From contig NC_043007.1 of NCBI RefSeq assembly GCF_006345805.1, positions 44,268,001 to 44,332,000 of the forward strand: 64,000 nucleotides of DNA. Direction: 5' to 3'. This document shows, in pieces, positions 1 through 9,644 of the stretch. The notes beneath the pieces are model-generated. The model searched no databases. It had not been told where the DNA came from and saw nothing but the letters and a program-made list of their open reading frames with translations. The first letter of the stretch is position 1. Every line of letters begins with the position of its first letter. This DNA is from Octopus sinensis (taxonomy: Eukaryota). Made by a program: the position numbers and the translations under genes.

Positions 1-1389
1 GAGCCCTTAACACGACTATTCAATATGTCATTGGCGACGGGTGTTATACCTGCAGACTGGAGAACAGCGATAATCTGCCCAATTTTCAAGAAAGGGAACC
101 GCGAAGACCCGCTTAACTACCAACCGGTTTCCCTTACATCAATAATCAGCAAGATGTTCGAAGCCATCCTTAAGAAAAGTATGATGCTCCACCTCCTAAA
201 CACAGCCTCGATCACTGATTCCCAACACGGCTTCGTGCCGAAGAGATCATGCTTGACCAACTTACTAGTAATGGAAGAATTGGTGATGCGCATCCTCGAT
301 GATAGTGATGCTGTTGACATCGTTTTATTGGACTTTGCCAAAGCTTTTGACTCGGTAAACCACCGCCTACTACTTGTCAAGCTTCAAGCATATAGTTTCC
401 ATCCGGATATTGTACGATGGGTTGGTGCCTTCCTCTCAGATCGCTCCTTCCAAGTTCAAGTTAATGGTTCGCGGTCCGACGTCTCCAGTGCGAGCAGTGG
501 CGTGCCTCAAGGTTCAGTGCTTGGGCCCTTGTTGTTCTTAGTCTTCATAAATGACTTGCCCGACGACTTCACGCAACACACCCTTCTATTTGCCGACGAT
601 ATCAAACTGGTCGCTCCTCGCGGTAGTATAGAGGATCTTCGTCGATGCCTCCACCAAATTTGGAAGTGGTCTAACGATTGGGACCTGTGTCTGAACGTGT
701 CAAAGTGCTGTCATCTGCCTGTCGGCTCTACTCCTGCAACTCAACTTGATTTCGAGCCGGGTCATCTGCTGCTGGAGAGGACCGATCAGGTAAAGGACCT
801 GGGTATCTTGGTGGATTCCTCCTTTTCGCCTTCGGCCCAGTGCGTCCATGCTGCCAACAAAGCGCACGGAATTCTGTTTTTGATTCGACGGTCATTCGGA
901 ATGCTCACAGCAGCCATATTCCTGCCACTCTATGTCACGCTGGTGAGACCCATATTGGAGTATGGGATTCAAGCCTCTTCTCCTTATCTCCTCAAAGACA
1001 TACAGCACCTCGAAAGAGTCCAGAGGCTGGCTACCCGCATGGTTCATGGTCTCAAAAATTTGTCCTACGAAGAAAGGCTGAGGACGCTCGACCTTTGTTC
1101 TCTTGAAAAACGCCGCCGCCGTGGTGATCTCATTCTCGCCCACAACATCATAAGCGGGAAGTGTAACCTCTCGAAAGAGCTGTTCTTCACTCCTGCTCCG
1201 GAGCGTCGACTGCGGGGTCATTCCGAAAAGCTCTACCTGCGACGATTTCATCTCAATCGAAGGAGAGGAGCTTTCTCCGTCCGGGTTGCGGATCCGTGGA
1301 ATAAGCTGCCAGACGAGATAGTGAAGATGCCGACGACCGCTTTGTTCAAAGCCTCCCTGGACCTCAAGTGGCCTGAACTCTTTACATGA
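1..1389 (+). CDS. Reverse transcriptase ORF of the LINE (5'-incomplete)
   Basis: Frame is open from base 1 (EPLTRLFNMSLATG...). RT motifs QHGF, LDFAKAFDSV, GVPQGSVLGPLLFL, FADD and KDLG are present, with a CR1/L2-like C-terminus LRGHSEKL...FSVRVADPWNKLP. No stops or frameshifts. Confidence 0.88.
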   Translation, partial: EPLTRLFNMSLATGVIPADWRTAIICPIFKKGNREDPLNYQPVSLTSIISKMFEAILKKSMMLHLLNTASITDSQHGFVPKRSCLTNLLVMEELVMRILDDSDAVDIVLLDFAKAFDSVNHRLLLVKLQAYSFHPDIVRWVGAFLSDRSFQVQVNGSRSDVSSASSGVPQGSVLGPLLFLVFINDLPDDFTQHTLLFADDIKLVAPRGSIEDLRRCLHQIWKWSNDWDLCLNVSKCCHLPVGSTPATQLDFEPGHLLLERTDQVKDLGILVDSSFSPSAQCVHAANKAHGILFLIRRSFGMLTAAIFLPLYVTLVRPILEYGIQASSPYLLKDIQHLERVQRLATRMVHGLKNLSYEERLRTLDLCSLEKRRRRGDLILAHNIISGKCNLSKELFFTPAPERRLRGHSEKLYLRRFHLNRRRGAFSVRVADPWNKLPDEIVKMPTTALFKASLDLKWPELFT

Positions 1390-1475
1390 ACACCACCCTG
1401 TACTTAACTCCATGTCCCCCTACATGGCCTTGCTATTTGCTTTTGAGCCAAATTAACTAACTAACTAACTAACTA
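1..1475 (+). mobile_element. CR1/L2-group LINE, 3' portion, young copy (runs off the window start)
   Basis: RT ORF ends at 1389. The short 3' UTR has a stem-loop CCATGT-CCCCCT-ACATGG (1410-1427) and a (TAAC)5 tail (1454-1475). It is GC- and CpG-rich relative to the host and lies sense in a NOP53 intron. Confidence 0.9.
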
Positions 1476-1569
1476 TACATGTACGTAAATGGCGGGCTTT
1501 TTTGAATTGTATTTCAGTAACAACGTGCTTATTTGGAATAACATAAAACTTCTTGTGTTATTTTTTCAG

Positions 1570-1665
1570 CCTCCTGCAATGTATTTAAAGAAACGTTCTG
1601 AGGTGCCTGCCATTGAGGTACCCCATGCAGGTAGTTCCTATAATCCAGCATATGATGATCATGAA
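1570..1665 (+). CDS. NOP53: NOP53/GLTSCR2 internal exon (first in window)
   Basis: ttttcag|...|gtaagt, 96 nt, phase 0/0. Encodes PPAMYLKKRSEVPAIEVPHAGSSYNPAYDDHE, resembling the conserved NOP53 motif VEV..AG.SYNP...DHQ. Confidence 0.92.
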
Positions 1666-2312
1666 GTAAGTTAAAGACTTTTTTTCACCTTTGTGTTGTT
1701 GGTTTATGATGTTGTCATTCCAGTTGTCGTCTGTTGTATTTGCTCATACTTAACTCCTCATCCTCTAGCATAAAGCTGCCTCCCTTTCTGTTATAGGCCC
1801 ACTCAGTTGAAGGGGTCTTAGTCTTATAGGCTGCATATCATCTTCATTTAGTGCTGGTGTCAAAAAAAAAAAGACTCATTACACTCTTGAAAGTGGATGG
1901 TGTTAGAAAGGGCATCCAATCTTTAAAAAACATGCTAAAGCAGAATTGGAGCATAATGCAGTCTTCAGATACATCAGATCCTGTCAAGCCCTCCAAGCGA
2001 TGCTAATGTTGAACACGGACATCAAATGATGATTATGATGATCTAGACCAGTTGTTGGTTTACTCATCAATCAGTTGTGTCTGGTCATTTTAATACAGCC
2101 TGTGGCTGGAATCATTGTCACATGGCCAGTTTGTATCATTGTTTTATAACCTTGGTAGCACTCTCATATAGTCAGTTATCTATTTGACTGTGGTCAGTTA
2201 TTTTCACTTTGTCACATGATCTGTTGTTATAGCACTGTTTTCCTGTTTCATTGTAAATATAAAAATATTTCCACTTGATTTTATTAAACATTATGTAATA
2301 TTTCTTTTGCAG

Positions 2313-2423
2313 AATCTTTTACAAATTGCAACAAATGATGAAATACGATACACTAAGATGCAAGATAAGTTAACAAGAGCTCTGGATGCTATGTTCCCAA
2401 CAGCAGCAGAAGCACCAACTACA
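2313..2423 (+). CDS. NOP53: NOP53 exon
   Basis: ttttgcag|...|gtaaga, 111 nt, phase 0/0. Encodes NLLQIATNDEIRYTKMQDKLTRALDAMFPTAAEAPTT. Confidence 0.88.
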
Positions 2424-2597
2424 GTAAGATTTATTTTCTTGTCATCAACTATAGTTTTTTTTATTAGTTTATATTACTTTTAAATCTAGTTCCATTCTTC
2501 TAGTGTTGTTGTTACTCTGCTATGTTTTGTGTTTCCTAATTACACACACACACATATCCATATATATATATATATAGTGTTGAGTGAAGAGAAGTGA

Positions 2598-2636
<39 letters not shown>

Positions 2637-2637
<1 letters not shown>

Positions 2638-3141
2638 TAGCAGTATCGCCCGGCGTTGCTCGGGTTTGTAAGGGAAATAACTATATAAGCATTTTTAGAG
2701 AGTTACTTCCCTTATATTCGGGCTTTCTTAGCCATTTCCGTTTTGGTGTCTTCAAGCCATGAAGTCGTTGTTCTAAAAGAACGCTGGTCTCCTTGACAAC
2801 GCATTACGACGTTGATTTGCTTACACTCCCTTCCCCACAGCTTCACGAGGGAGGGAAGAAGGGGGAGAAGCAAACAGGTGCAGGTGTGACCATGGACGCC
2901 AACTCCGCCACCATCGACACACGAAAAATTATGCATTAAAATGGAATAAAAAATTATGTTAAATTATTTTTAAAATCGTAGACTCATCATAGACGCGCGC
3001 TAATAGCCAGACGGGCTCGATATTAATCACGACTATAAGATACCCGAATTTGGTTAAACTGCACCGCAAAATGTGGGAGGAGTTAGGAATCTAAATCGAA
3101 GGGGACAGACACTCACACAACTACAGTTTTATATATATAGA
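2637..3141 (-). mobile_element. Non-autonomous Helitron (505 bp)
   Basis: On the - strand: 5' TC (TCTATATATATAAAACTG), 3' hairpin CCCGAGCAACGCCGGG (2649-2664) followed 8 nt later by CTAG. Inserted between A and T with no TSD, next to a (TA)n run. CpGs are retained. Confidence 0.88.
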
Positions 3142-3159
3142 TATGCATGCTACATACAT

Positions 3160-3549
3160 GGAATGGAAGCACTCCGTCGGTTCCGACGACGAGGGTTCCG
3201 GTTGATCCGAATCAACGGAACAGCCTGCTCGTGAAATTAAAGTGTAAGTGGCTGAGCACTCCACAGACACGTGTACCCTTAACGTAGTTCTCGGGGATAT
3301 TCAGCGTGACACAGAGAGTGACAAGGCCGGCCCTTTGAAATAAAGGTACAACAGAAACAGGAAGTAAGAGTGAGAGAAAGTTGTGGTGAAAGAGTACAGC
3401 AGGGATCACCACCATCCCCTGCCGGAGCCTCGTGGAGCTTTTAGGTGTTTTCACTCAATAAACACTCACAACGCCCGGTCTGGGAATCGAAACTGCGATC
3501 CTACGACCGCGAGTCCGCTGCCCTAACCACTGGGCCATTGCGCCTCCAC
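3160..3549 (-). mobile_element. tRNA-headed SINE, young full-length copy
   Basis: - strand A box TGGCCCAGTGG, B box GTTTCGATTCC and (TTCCA)n tail. 11-bp TSD GCTACATACAT at 3149-3159 and 3550-3560. Confidence 0.88.
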
Positions 3550-3893
3550 GCTACATACATACATACATACATCAATCAATCAATCCCTCCCTCCCTCACA
3601 AGCATAGAAAATGGATGTTAAATGATGATGATAATGTGTGTATGGTGTACTATGAACATGGCACTGCAAATTAGTAACTTAACTTTGATGCAGTGACTAA
3701 ATTGTAAGTAAATGTTTTCAAAGCACATATATTAGTACTGATCACAGAATATGAATCATTATCACTCTGACTAGTAGACAAATGTAACAGTAACTTAATT
3801 AGCAGTGGCTTAGTCAGTTAGTATATTTCTGATTTTCCTTAGAAATTTTGTTTGTGTATTTATTTGTTTTTGTTTTGTGATTTTGTTTTAAAG

Positions 3894-4076
3894 GAATCTT
3901 GGATAAAAGAAATGTCTGCAGGGCTTCAAGAAGAAGATGGTGATAAAGAAAAACTAAATGAAGAGAAAGATGGAGAAAATGCAGAACTTAATAATGAGGA
4001 AAATGAAGTAGTTAAAAAACAACCAAAAGCTAAAACAAAAAAGCAACACCGTAAAGCACGAGAGCGTAAAGTTGAG
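3894..4076 (+). CDS. NOP53: NOP53 exon (acidic then basic region)
   Basis: tttaaag|...|gtaaac, 183 nt, phase 0/0. Encodes ESWIKEMSAGLQEEDG...KTKKQHRKARERKVE. Confidence 0.9.
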
Positions 4077-5957
4077 GTAAACAAAGTTTATATTTAATCA
4101 TTTTATTTTAAATATTTAATGTATTCCTGGCTGATGAATGTGTATGCTGTAAACATTGCTTAAAACTTAGATGGGTAACCACTTAGGAAACCCAGGTGCT
4201 TTAAGCACTTTTGTTCAGCCCCTGTCAGCATAGCAAACTGGACATAAAATGATAGTGATGATAAAGTGTCTTATAAACTTATATGACATGTATACATATA
4301 AACAAACTAACATTTGTTTTTTATGAGTGCCAAAATGTGTGTATATAGATACAAATGAGATAATTTATTTTCCAAAACAGAGATGCTTTTAGAACAGCAC
4401 AAACATTAGGCAAATTACCCTTATGAAGTGGATAAATTTGTCAACAACCAGCTGGTCGACAAATTTTTCCACTTTGTAAGGGTAATTTGCCCAATTTTTC
4501 TGCTGTTCTAACTCTTTCATTACCATATTTCTAACCAAAATACACCCCTTATGTGTTTCATTTAATTTCTAACATAATCATAAATGTAGCCTAGTTTCAT
4601 TAAACAACTCTTTTTATTTATCAATATATTAATGTGATTTTTGGAAGAAAATCTAACGAAAGGTTCTCAACCAATTCTATTCCATAACTTTAGTCTCAAA
4701 GTGATTCTAATTACAGGTAAATTCAACAAAATATAAAATTATTAAAATTTTGTTCAAACATCACTATAGAAAATGGGTTATTAGTTAATATTCAATTGGG
4801 TATACAACAAAATTTTATTATAGAAGAGTTGTGCATATTACTGGATTTATCAGGTGAATTTAAACACACAAAAGACAGGTGTACCATGAAGGTATAAGTA
4901 AAACAAAAGACTGGAATTTGTCTGTGAAGAAAACTAGAAAACAAAATACACCATCAACTAGATGAAATAAACTCTCCCACATACGTAGATACACAGAAAC
5001 AAACAATAATGATTTACAAAAGAAATTAATCAAAATTCATCACTCACCTTACACACACACTAATATGAAAGGCTTTCAGTCTTCATCTCTAGATCCTTTC
5101 AAGGCTTTAGTTGGCCTGTGGTTATAGTAGAAGACACTTGCTTGAGGTACCATGCAGTGGGGCTGAACCCAAAACCATGCGGTTGGGAAGCAAACTCTTT
5201 TAATATATTTTATAAATGGATGTTCTTCCTGTCACCAACCATTATACAAAGTGTACCAAATGCATTTTATCATAGTACCATCACCAGCAAAGTTGCTTTG
5301 TTCTTAGCAAGATTAATTGTCCTATTCTCCATTTTTAACCATTCATTTATCTATCAGTTCAAAGAGAATGCTGGGTGCATCTTATGTCACCAGAAACTGG
5401 ACATTATGTCACCAGAAACTGTTTTGCTTCTGCTCCTTTGTCTTTTCTTTCACCAGCATGAGAGCCTTTGTCAGCCCATTAGCAAGATTAAAGAGTTTCC
5501 TTTACCTTGTATTGTCTTTTTACGGACATTGTTTTCTTTCCCACACAACTAGATGGGACAAAAGTCTGTGTGATTGTGTGATGGAAGGATAATACAGAAT
5601 AATCGGATTGATAGGGGCAAGGGGGTGATAGAAAAGAGAGTGTATGGTGGAGTTGATCTTTTCTGATGTTAGTTACTAAAAAGAAACAACAAAACTAAGT
5701 CATAAAAGAGTGAGTGATGAAAGAGAACCAATGTGAGAGAAGAGTAACGAAAGAGACAGCTACGTTATGATTATTGGTAAAATGGTTGAATAGAAACAGC
5801 ATGGGGATGTGATGGAGAAGAGAAAGTGGTAGGAAAGGGATAGGGTGAGAGAGAGAACCAGAGTCTTGTAAAATAATAAAAGAAAATATATGCACAATAG
5901 CCATACTCAGAAAGTAATTTTATTTCTGTTTTTCTCCTTTTACTTTCTCTTTTATAG

Positions 5958-6013
5958 GAAAGAACAAGGAAAAATAAGAAGTTATTAAAGAAACGAGAAC
6001 ATGATGTTTTCAG
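5958..6013 (+). CDS. NOP53: NOP53 exon
   Basis: ttttatag|...|gtaaac, 56 nt, phase 0/2. Encodes ERTRKNKKLLKKREHDVF(R), matching the NOP53 ..F-R motif. Confidence 0.88.
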
Positions 6014-6146
6014 GTAAACACTTTGCAAAAACTAGAAATTATTTATTTTTGCTGTATCTGCTAGAATCCAGAACATTTTTATTTTCTAAATTGTTTTAAT
6101 ATAGATCAGTGGTTCTCAACCGGGGTCCATACTAAATTTTGTTACT

Positions 6147-6527
6147 CTTTTACTTGTTTCAGTCATTTAACTGTTGCCTTGCTGGAGCACTGCCTTTAGT
6201 CGAGCAAATCAACCCCAGGACTTATTTTATCAGTCTCTTTTGCTGAACTGTTAAGTTACGGGGACGTAAACACACCAGCATCAGTTGTCAAGCGATGTTG
6301 GGAGGACAAACACAGACACACAAACATATACACACATACATACATACATACATAAACATATACGACGGGCTTCTTTCAGTTTCTGTCTACCAAATCCACT
6401 CACAAGGCTTTGGTTGGCCTGAGGCTATAGTAGAAGACACTTGCCGAAGGTGCCATTCAGTGGGACTGAACCCGGAACCATGTGCTTCGTAAGCAAGCTA
6501 CTTACCACACAGCGACTCCTACACCTA
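6147..6527 (-). mobile_element. tRNA-headed SINE family B (core cttgggcaagtgtctt). Other copies near 5065-5200(-), 15335-15485(+), 16727-17070(-), 17293-17563(-), 23005-23150(+), 23920-24065(+), 25215-25565(+), 29165-29330(+), 33295-33445(-), 38733-38830(+), 56120-56715(+, two copies), 58300-58420(+)
   Basis: Recurrent sequence ...ccaaccacatggttc.gggttcagtcccactg.gtggcaccttgggcaagtgtcttctactatagcc...ccaaagccttgtgagtggatttggtagac. Longer copies have a tail ending gactgaaacaagtaaaaga. Confidence 0.85.
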
Positions 6528-7144
6528 TATTGTTGTTAAAGTTTGTGTAATAAATTTCTTATACATCTATAATACACAAAATATTTCAATTTTCTTTATA
6601 CAATTCCTAATATAAAAATACAGTAGGAATTGTTTGGTGCTATTTTGGTGTGTGGTCTACAGCTTAGGGGGGGGGGGTTAGTTTAGGTTATCTTTTAGCT
6701 TACTTTTTAATTTCTAAAAACTCTTAAGATGTTGGCTAGAGTTTTACAGTAAATTCTTTTGAACATACTTAGCATTGTAAATGTATTTTTTTCAAAATTC
6801 TTACTATTTTAATAATAATAAAACAATGTTTCATTTATGTCTTAGTAAATAATAATGAGAAACCAAAAGTAAATAATATAATAATCAAAATAAGCACATA
6901 GATCAAACAGGTTTGGCAACCATGAATTTTACAATGTAAAGAAACTAAAAACTATAAAGTAATTGCCCTTGAGCTTGTAGATCACACACCAAAGTGGCAC
7001 CAATTTTTTTTGTATGCAACGAATGACTATGGAGGTCTAGTAGAGTAAGATAGGAATCAAAGGAATCCACAAGCAAAAAATGATTGAGTAGATCATTGTT
7101 ATGGAAAATTTTACATTTTTGCTCAGCCTTCCAGAAACCTCAAA

Positions 7145-7470
7145 AACCAAGTGCTCGCGCCGCCTCGACTGGCTTCCGTGTAAAAAGCACCATCCGAACG
7201 TGGCCAATGCCAGCACCGCCTTGACTGGCTTCCGTGCCAGTGGCACGTAAAAAGCGCCAATCCGATCGTGGCCGTTGCCAGCCTCGCCTGGCACGTAAAA
7301 AGCACCCACTACACTCACGGAGTGGTTGGCATTAGGAAGGGTATCCAGCTCTAGAAACACTGCCAGATCAGACTGGAGCCTGGTGCAGCCTTTTGGCTTC
7401 CCAGATCCTGGTCGAACCGTCCAACCCATGCTAGCATGGAAAACGGACATTAAACAATGATTATGATAAT
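7145..7470 (+). mobile_element. 3' UTR/tail of an RTE-clade LINE (5'-truncated). Related pieces near 1870-2045, 15510-15640, 17985-18160, 30120-30375, 34280-34400, 41005-41345, 43290-43435, 58480-58660
   Basis: Contains ggaagggcatccagc...ccaacccatgctagcatggaaaacggacgttaaac(gat)n. The same sequence type directly follows an RTE ORF end at 36500-36740 and in the - strand copies at 26365-27170. Confidence 0.75.
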
Positions 7471-7557
7471 TACATAAAATAACCCTAAATACAAATCGGG
7501 TAATGTTTGATATATGTAATATTTTTCTTTCATTCCCATAGCGTTTCTGCTGTTGGG

Positions 7558-7601
<44 letters not shown>

Positions 7602-7913
7602 TGCACACATACTACATATATCTCTTACTGGCTCTTCTACTTTCACTCAACTTCAGTTTATCACTCTTTTTTAAATTTTACTCATCTCTACTTATTGTCT
7701 CTCCACTGTTCTATCAATTCTCTCTCTCTCTTTACCAGTCCTCCCTCTGTCTGTCTGTCTGTCTCTCTCTCTCTCCATTACATCATATGCACAATTTGCA
7801 AAATGTGAGAAGAGAGATTGATCTTGTAACTGCATAGTTATACTGTTGTTTTAACATAGAGGCAATGAAATAGTTTTAAATTTGCAAAAATAAAAAAAAT
7901 TTTTCCTCTTCAG

Positions 7914-8036
7914 AGTACGGAGTATGCTGAAAGATATGAAAAAATTTGATAATGAAGTTGAAAGGAAGAAAATTTCAAAAGACAAGCAAAAGAAAGAAAT
8001 TGTGAAAACAAGAACTAAAAGGCTTGGGAAAACACC
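7914..8036 (+). CDS. NOP53: NOP53 exon ending at a U12-type donor
   Basis: cctcttcag|...|GTATCCTTT, 123 nt, phase 2/2. Encodes (R)VRSMLKDMKK...KTRTKRLGKT(P), containing the conserved RLG motif. Confidence 0.9.
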
Positions 8037-9497
8037 GTATCCTTTAAAACAAATAAAAAACGAAAGATATTTTTTTTCTTCTTTATTCAAGGTTTGAAAT
8101 TTGAAAGGGATTAGCTTAAAGCTCCTGAAGTGACTTTCATTAAATATTTGATACTTTTTTTTTTTTTTAGTAATCCTAGACAAAATGTAGTGCTTTAAAA
8201 CAGCCCTTGGTTCTATGACACAAGCTTCTTGCTTTAAAGTGATTCAAATTATAATTTCCCCTCAAATTTTGATGTTGTATTCCAAACATCAGCTTAATGA
8301 TGGCACAGTTATTTTACTAAATTCTTCGTTGTTTTCATAATTATTGGTTTCAGAATTTGACACACGGCCAGCAATTTCAGGAGACGGCCTAAGTCGATTA
8401 CATCAACTCCAGTACTCAACTGGTACCTATTTTATTGACCCCCGCAAAAGGATGAAAGGCAAAGTTGACCATGGCAGTATTTGAACTCAGAACATAAAGA
8501 CAGACAAAATTCTGTTAAGCATTCTGCCTGGCATGCGAATGAATCTGCCAGCTCACTGCCTTGTTTTCATTATAGTTAATGCAAAAACTATGTACTTCAT
8601 GGGGAATATGGTTACGAAGGGGTTAGTTTGGATCACTACAAGTGCTACTGCCCCTTCTCTCATAATCATTTTTCTCTAGCATTGAGACAAGGTCACATTG
8701 CTTTATATGTGGTCCCAGCATCTACGAGATTAGGGATGCTCAGAGAGAGGGTTGCAACTTGTATGCAAGGACAACCATGCTTTTATATATATATATATAT
8801 ATATACACATGTTGATGTGAATTTATATTTCTCTTTATGTGTATTTGATAATTGCAAACAAAGGCCTCATTGTTCATATTGATGGTGTCTTTTGCTTGCA
8901 GTTCACCTGGAAACCATGCCTGGGTTTCTTGGTATGTTGTGCAATCTTTATAAACATACAGCTCATTCAAATGGTGTCATTCTCTACATGACCATGTTTG
9001 GACTGTTTGTTATTTGTTGACTGAAGTATTAATAGCTTGCTTGGAAGTGAGTAAGAGTTGGCATCAGGGAGAGCATCCAGCCTTAGAAAATTCTGTTTCA
9101 GTTTAGTCTCATCTGACTCATGCAAGCATGGAAAAGTGGACCTGCAAATGAAAAACAAACAAATGAAAACTTCAATTTATTACAACTGACAAGTGTCAAT
9201 CTGATTTACTATTGTATGAAGTTGGGTCCAACCATAAAATATATACATCATGATATATATGAAAAAAATCATTTTGTTTAATCCAAAGCATGGAAAACAG
9301 ACATCAAATGACAATGGTGGGAGGTGGGAACTCATTTTTTTTTTTTTATCAATCTTTTTGCTTGATATTTTTACATTAGGAATAGATATGATAGATGAAA
9401 GTGTCTGCAGGTGTGTATTATATTTCTTGTATGTCTAAGAATAAAAGAGTATTTTTGTTGATAATTTTGATTTCTGTTAATTCCTTGACTGATTTAG
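8037..9497 (+). other. NOP53: U12-type (minor spliceosome) GT-AG intron of NOP53
   Basis: Donor GTATCCTTT at 8037. Branch box TTCCTTGAC at 9481-9489, AG at 9496-9497, and no polypyrimidine tract. Splicing here joins the frames to give KTPFVKPELDV. Confidence 0.88.
8345..8545 (-). mobile_element. tRNA-headed SINE family A (inside the U12 intron). Other dispersed copies near 13715-13810, 26155-26345, 27590-27790(-), 47155-47375, 48675-48885, 54925-55625(-)
   Basis: Family consensus ..gagctggcagaatcgttagca..ctgggcaaaatgcttagc...gttctgagttcaaattc.gccgaggtcgactttgcctttcatcctttcggggtcgataaaataagtaccag. Confidence 0.85.
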
Positions 9498-9564
9498 TTT
9501 TGTTAAACCTGAACTAGATGTAAAACTCTGCGAGGAACTTCCAGACAGCCTCCGTAAAATTGTG
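9498..9564 (+). CDS. NOP53: NOP53 exon
   Basis: 67 nt, phase 2/0, donor gtaagt. Encodes (P)FVKPELDVKLCEELPDSLRKIV, matching NOP53 DV.L..EL.DSLR. Confidence 0.9.
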
Positions 9565-9644
9565 GTAAGTGAACTGATTGCTTTTATAATTTTGTTTACT
9601 TTCTTTGTACAGTTTTGTTATGTTGCCAGAGAAACAAAATTATT

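Noticed and set aside
892-1413. 173-aa antisense ORF (and 117-380, 840-1106) over the LINE
   Set aside because: Shadow frames of a GC-rich coding sequence, with no recognisable motifs.
4126-4196. CCTGG-CTGATGA...GAAAC-CCAGG near a NOP53 donor, resembling a C/D snoRNA or hammerhead (human NOP53 hosts SNORD23)
   Set aside because: There is no CTGA D box before the closing stem, and the GAAAC is not positioned after stem II with a UH site. I found no convincing C/D snoRNA in any NOP53 intron by eye; snoscan or Infernal would be decisive.
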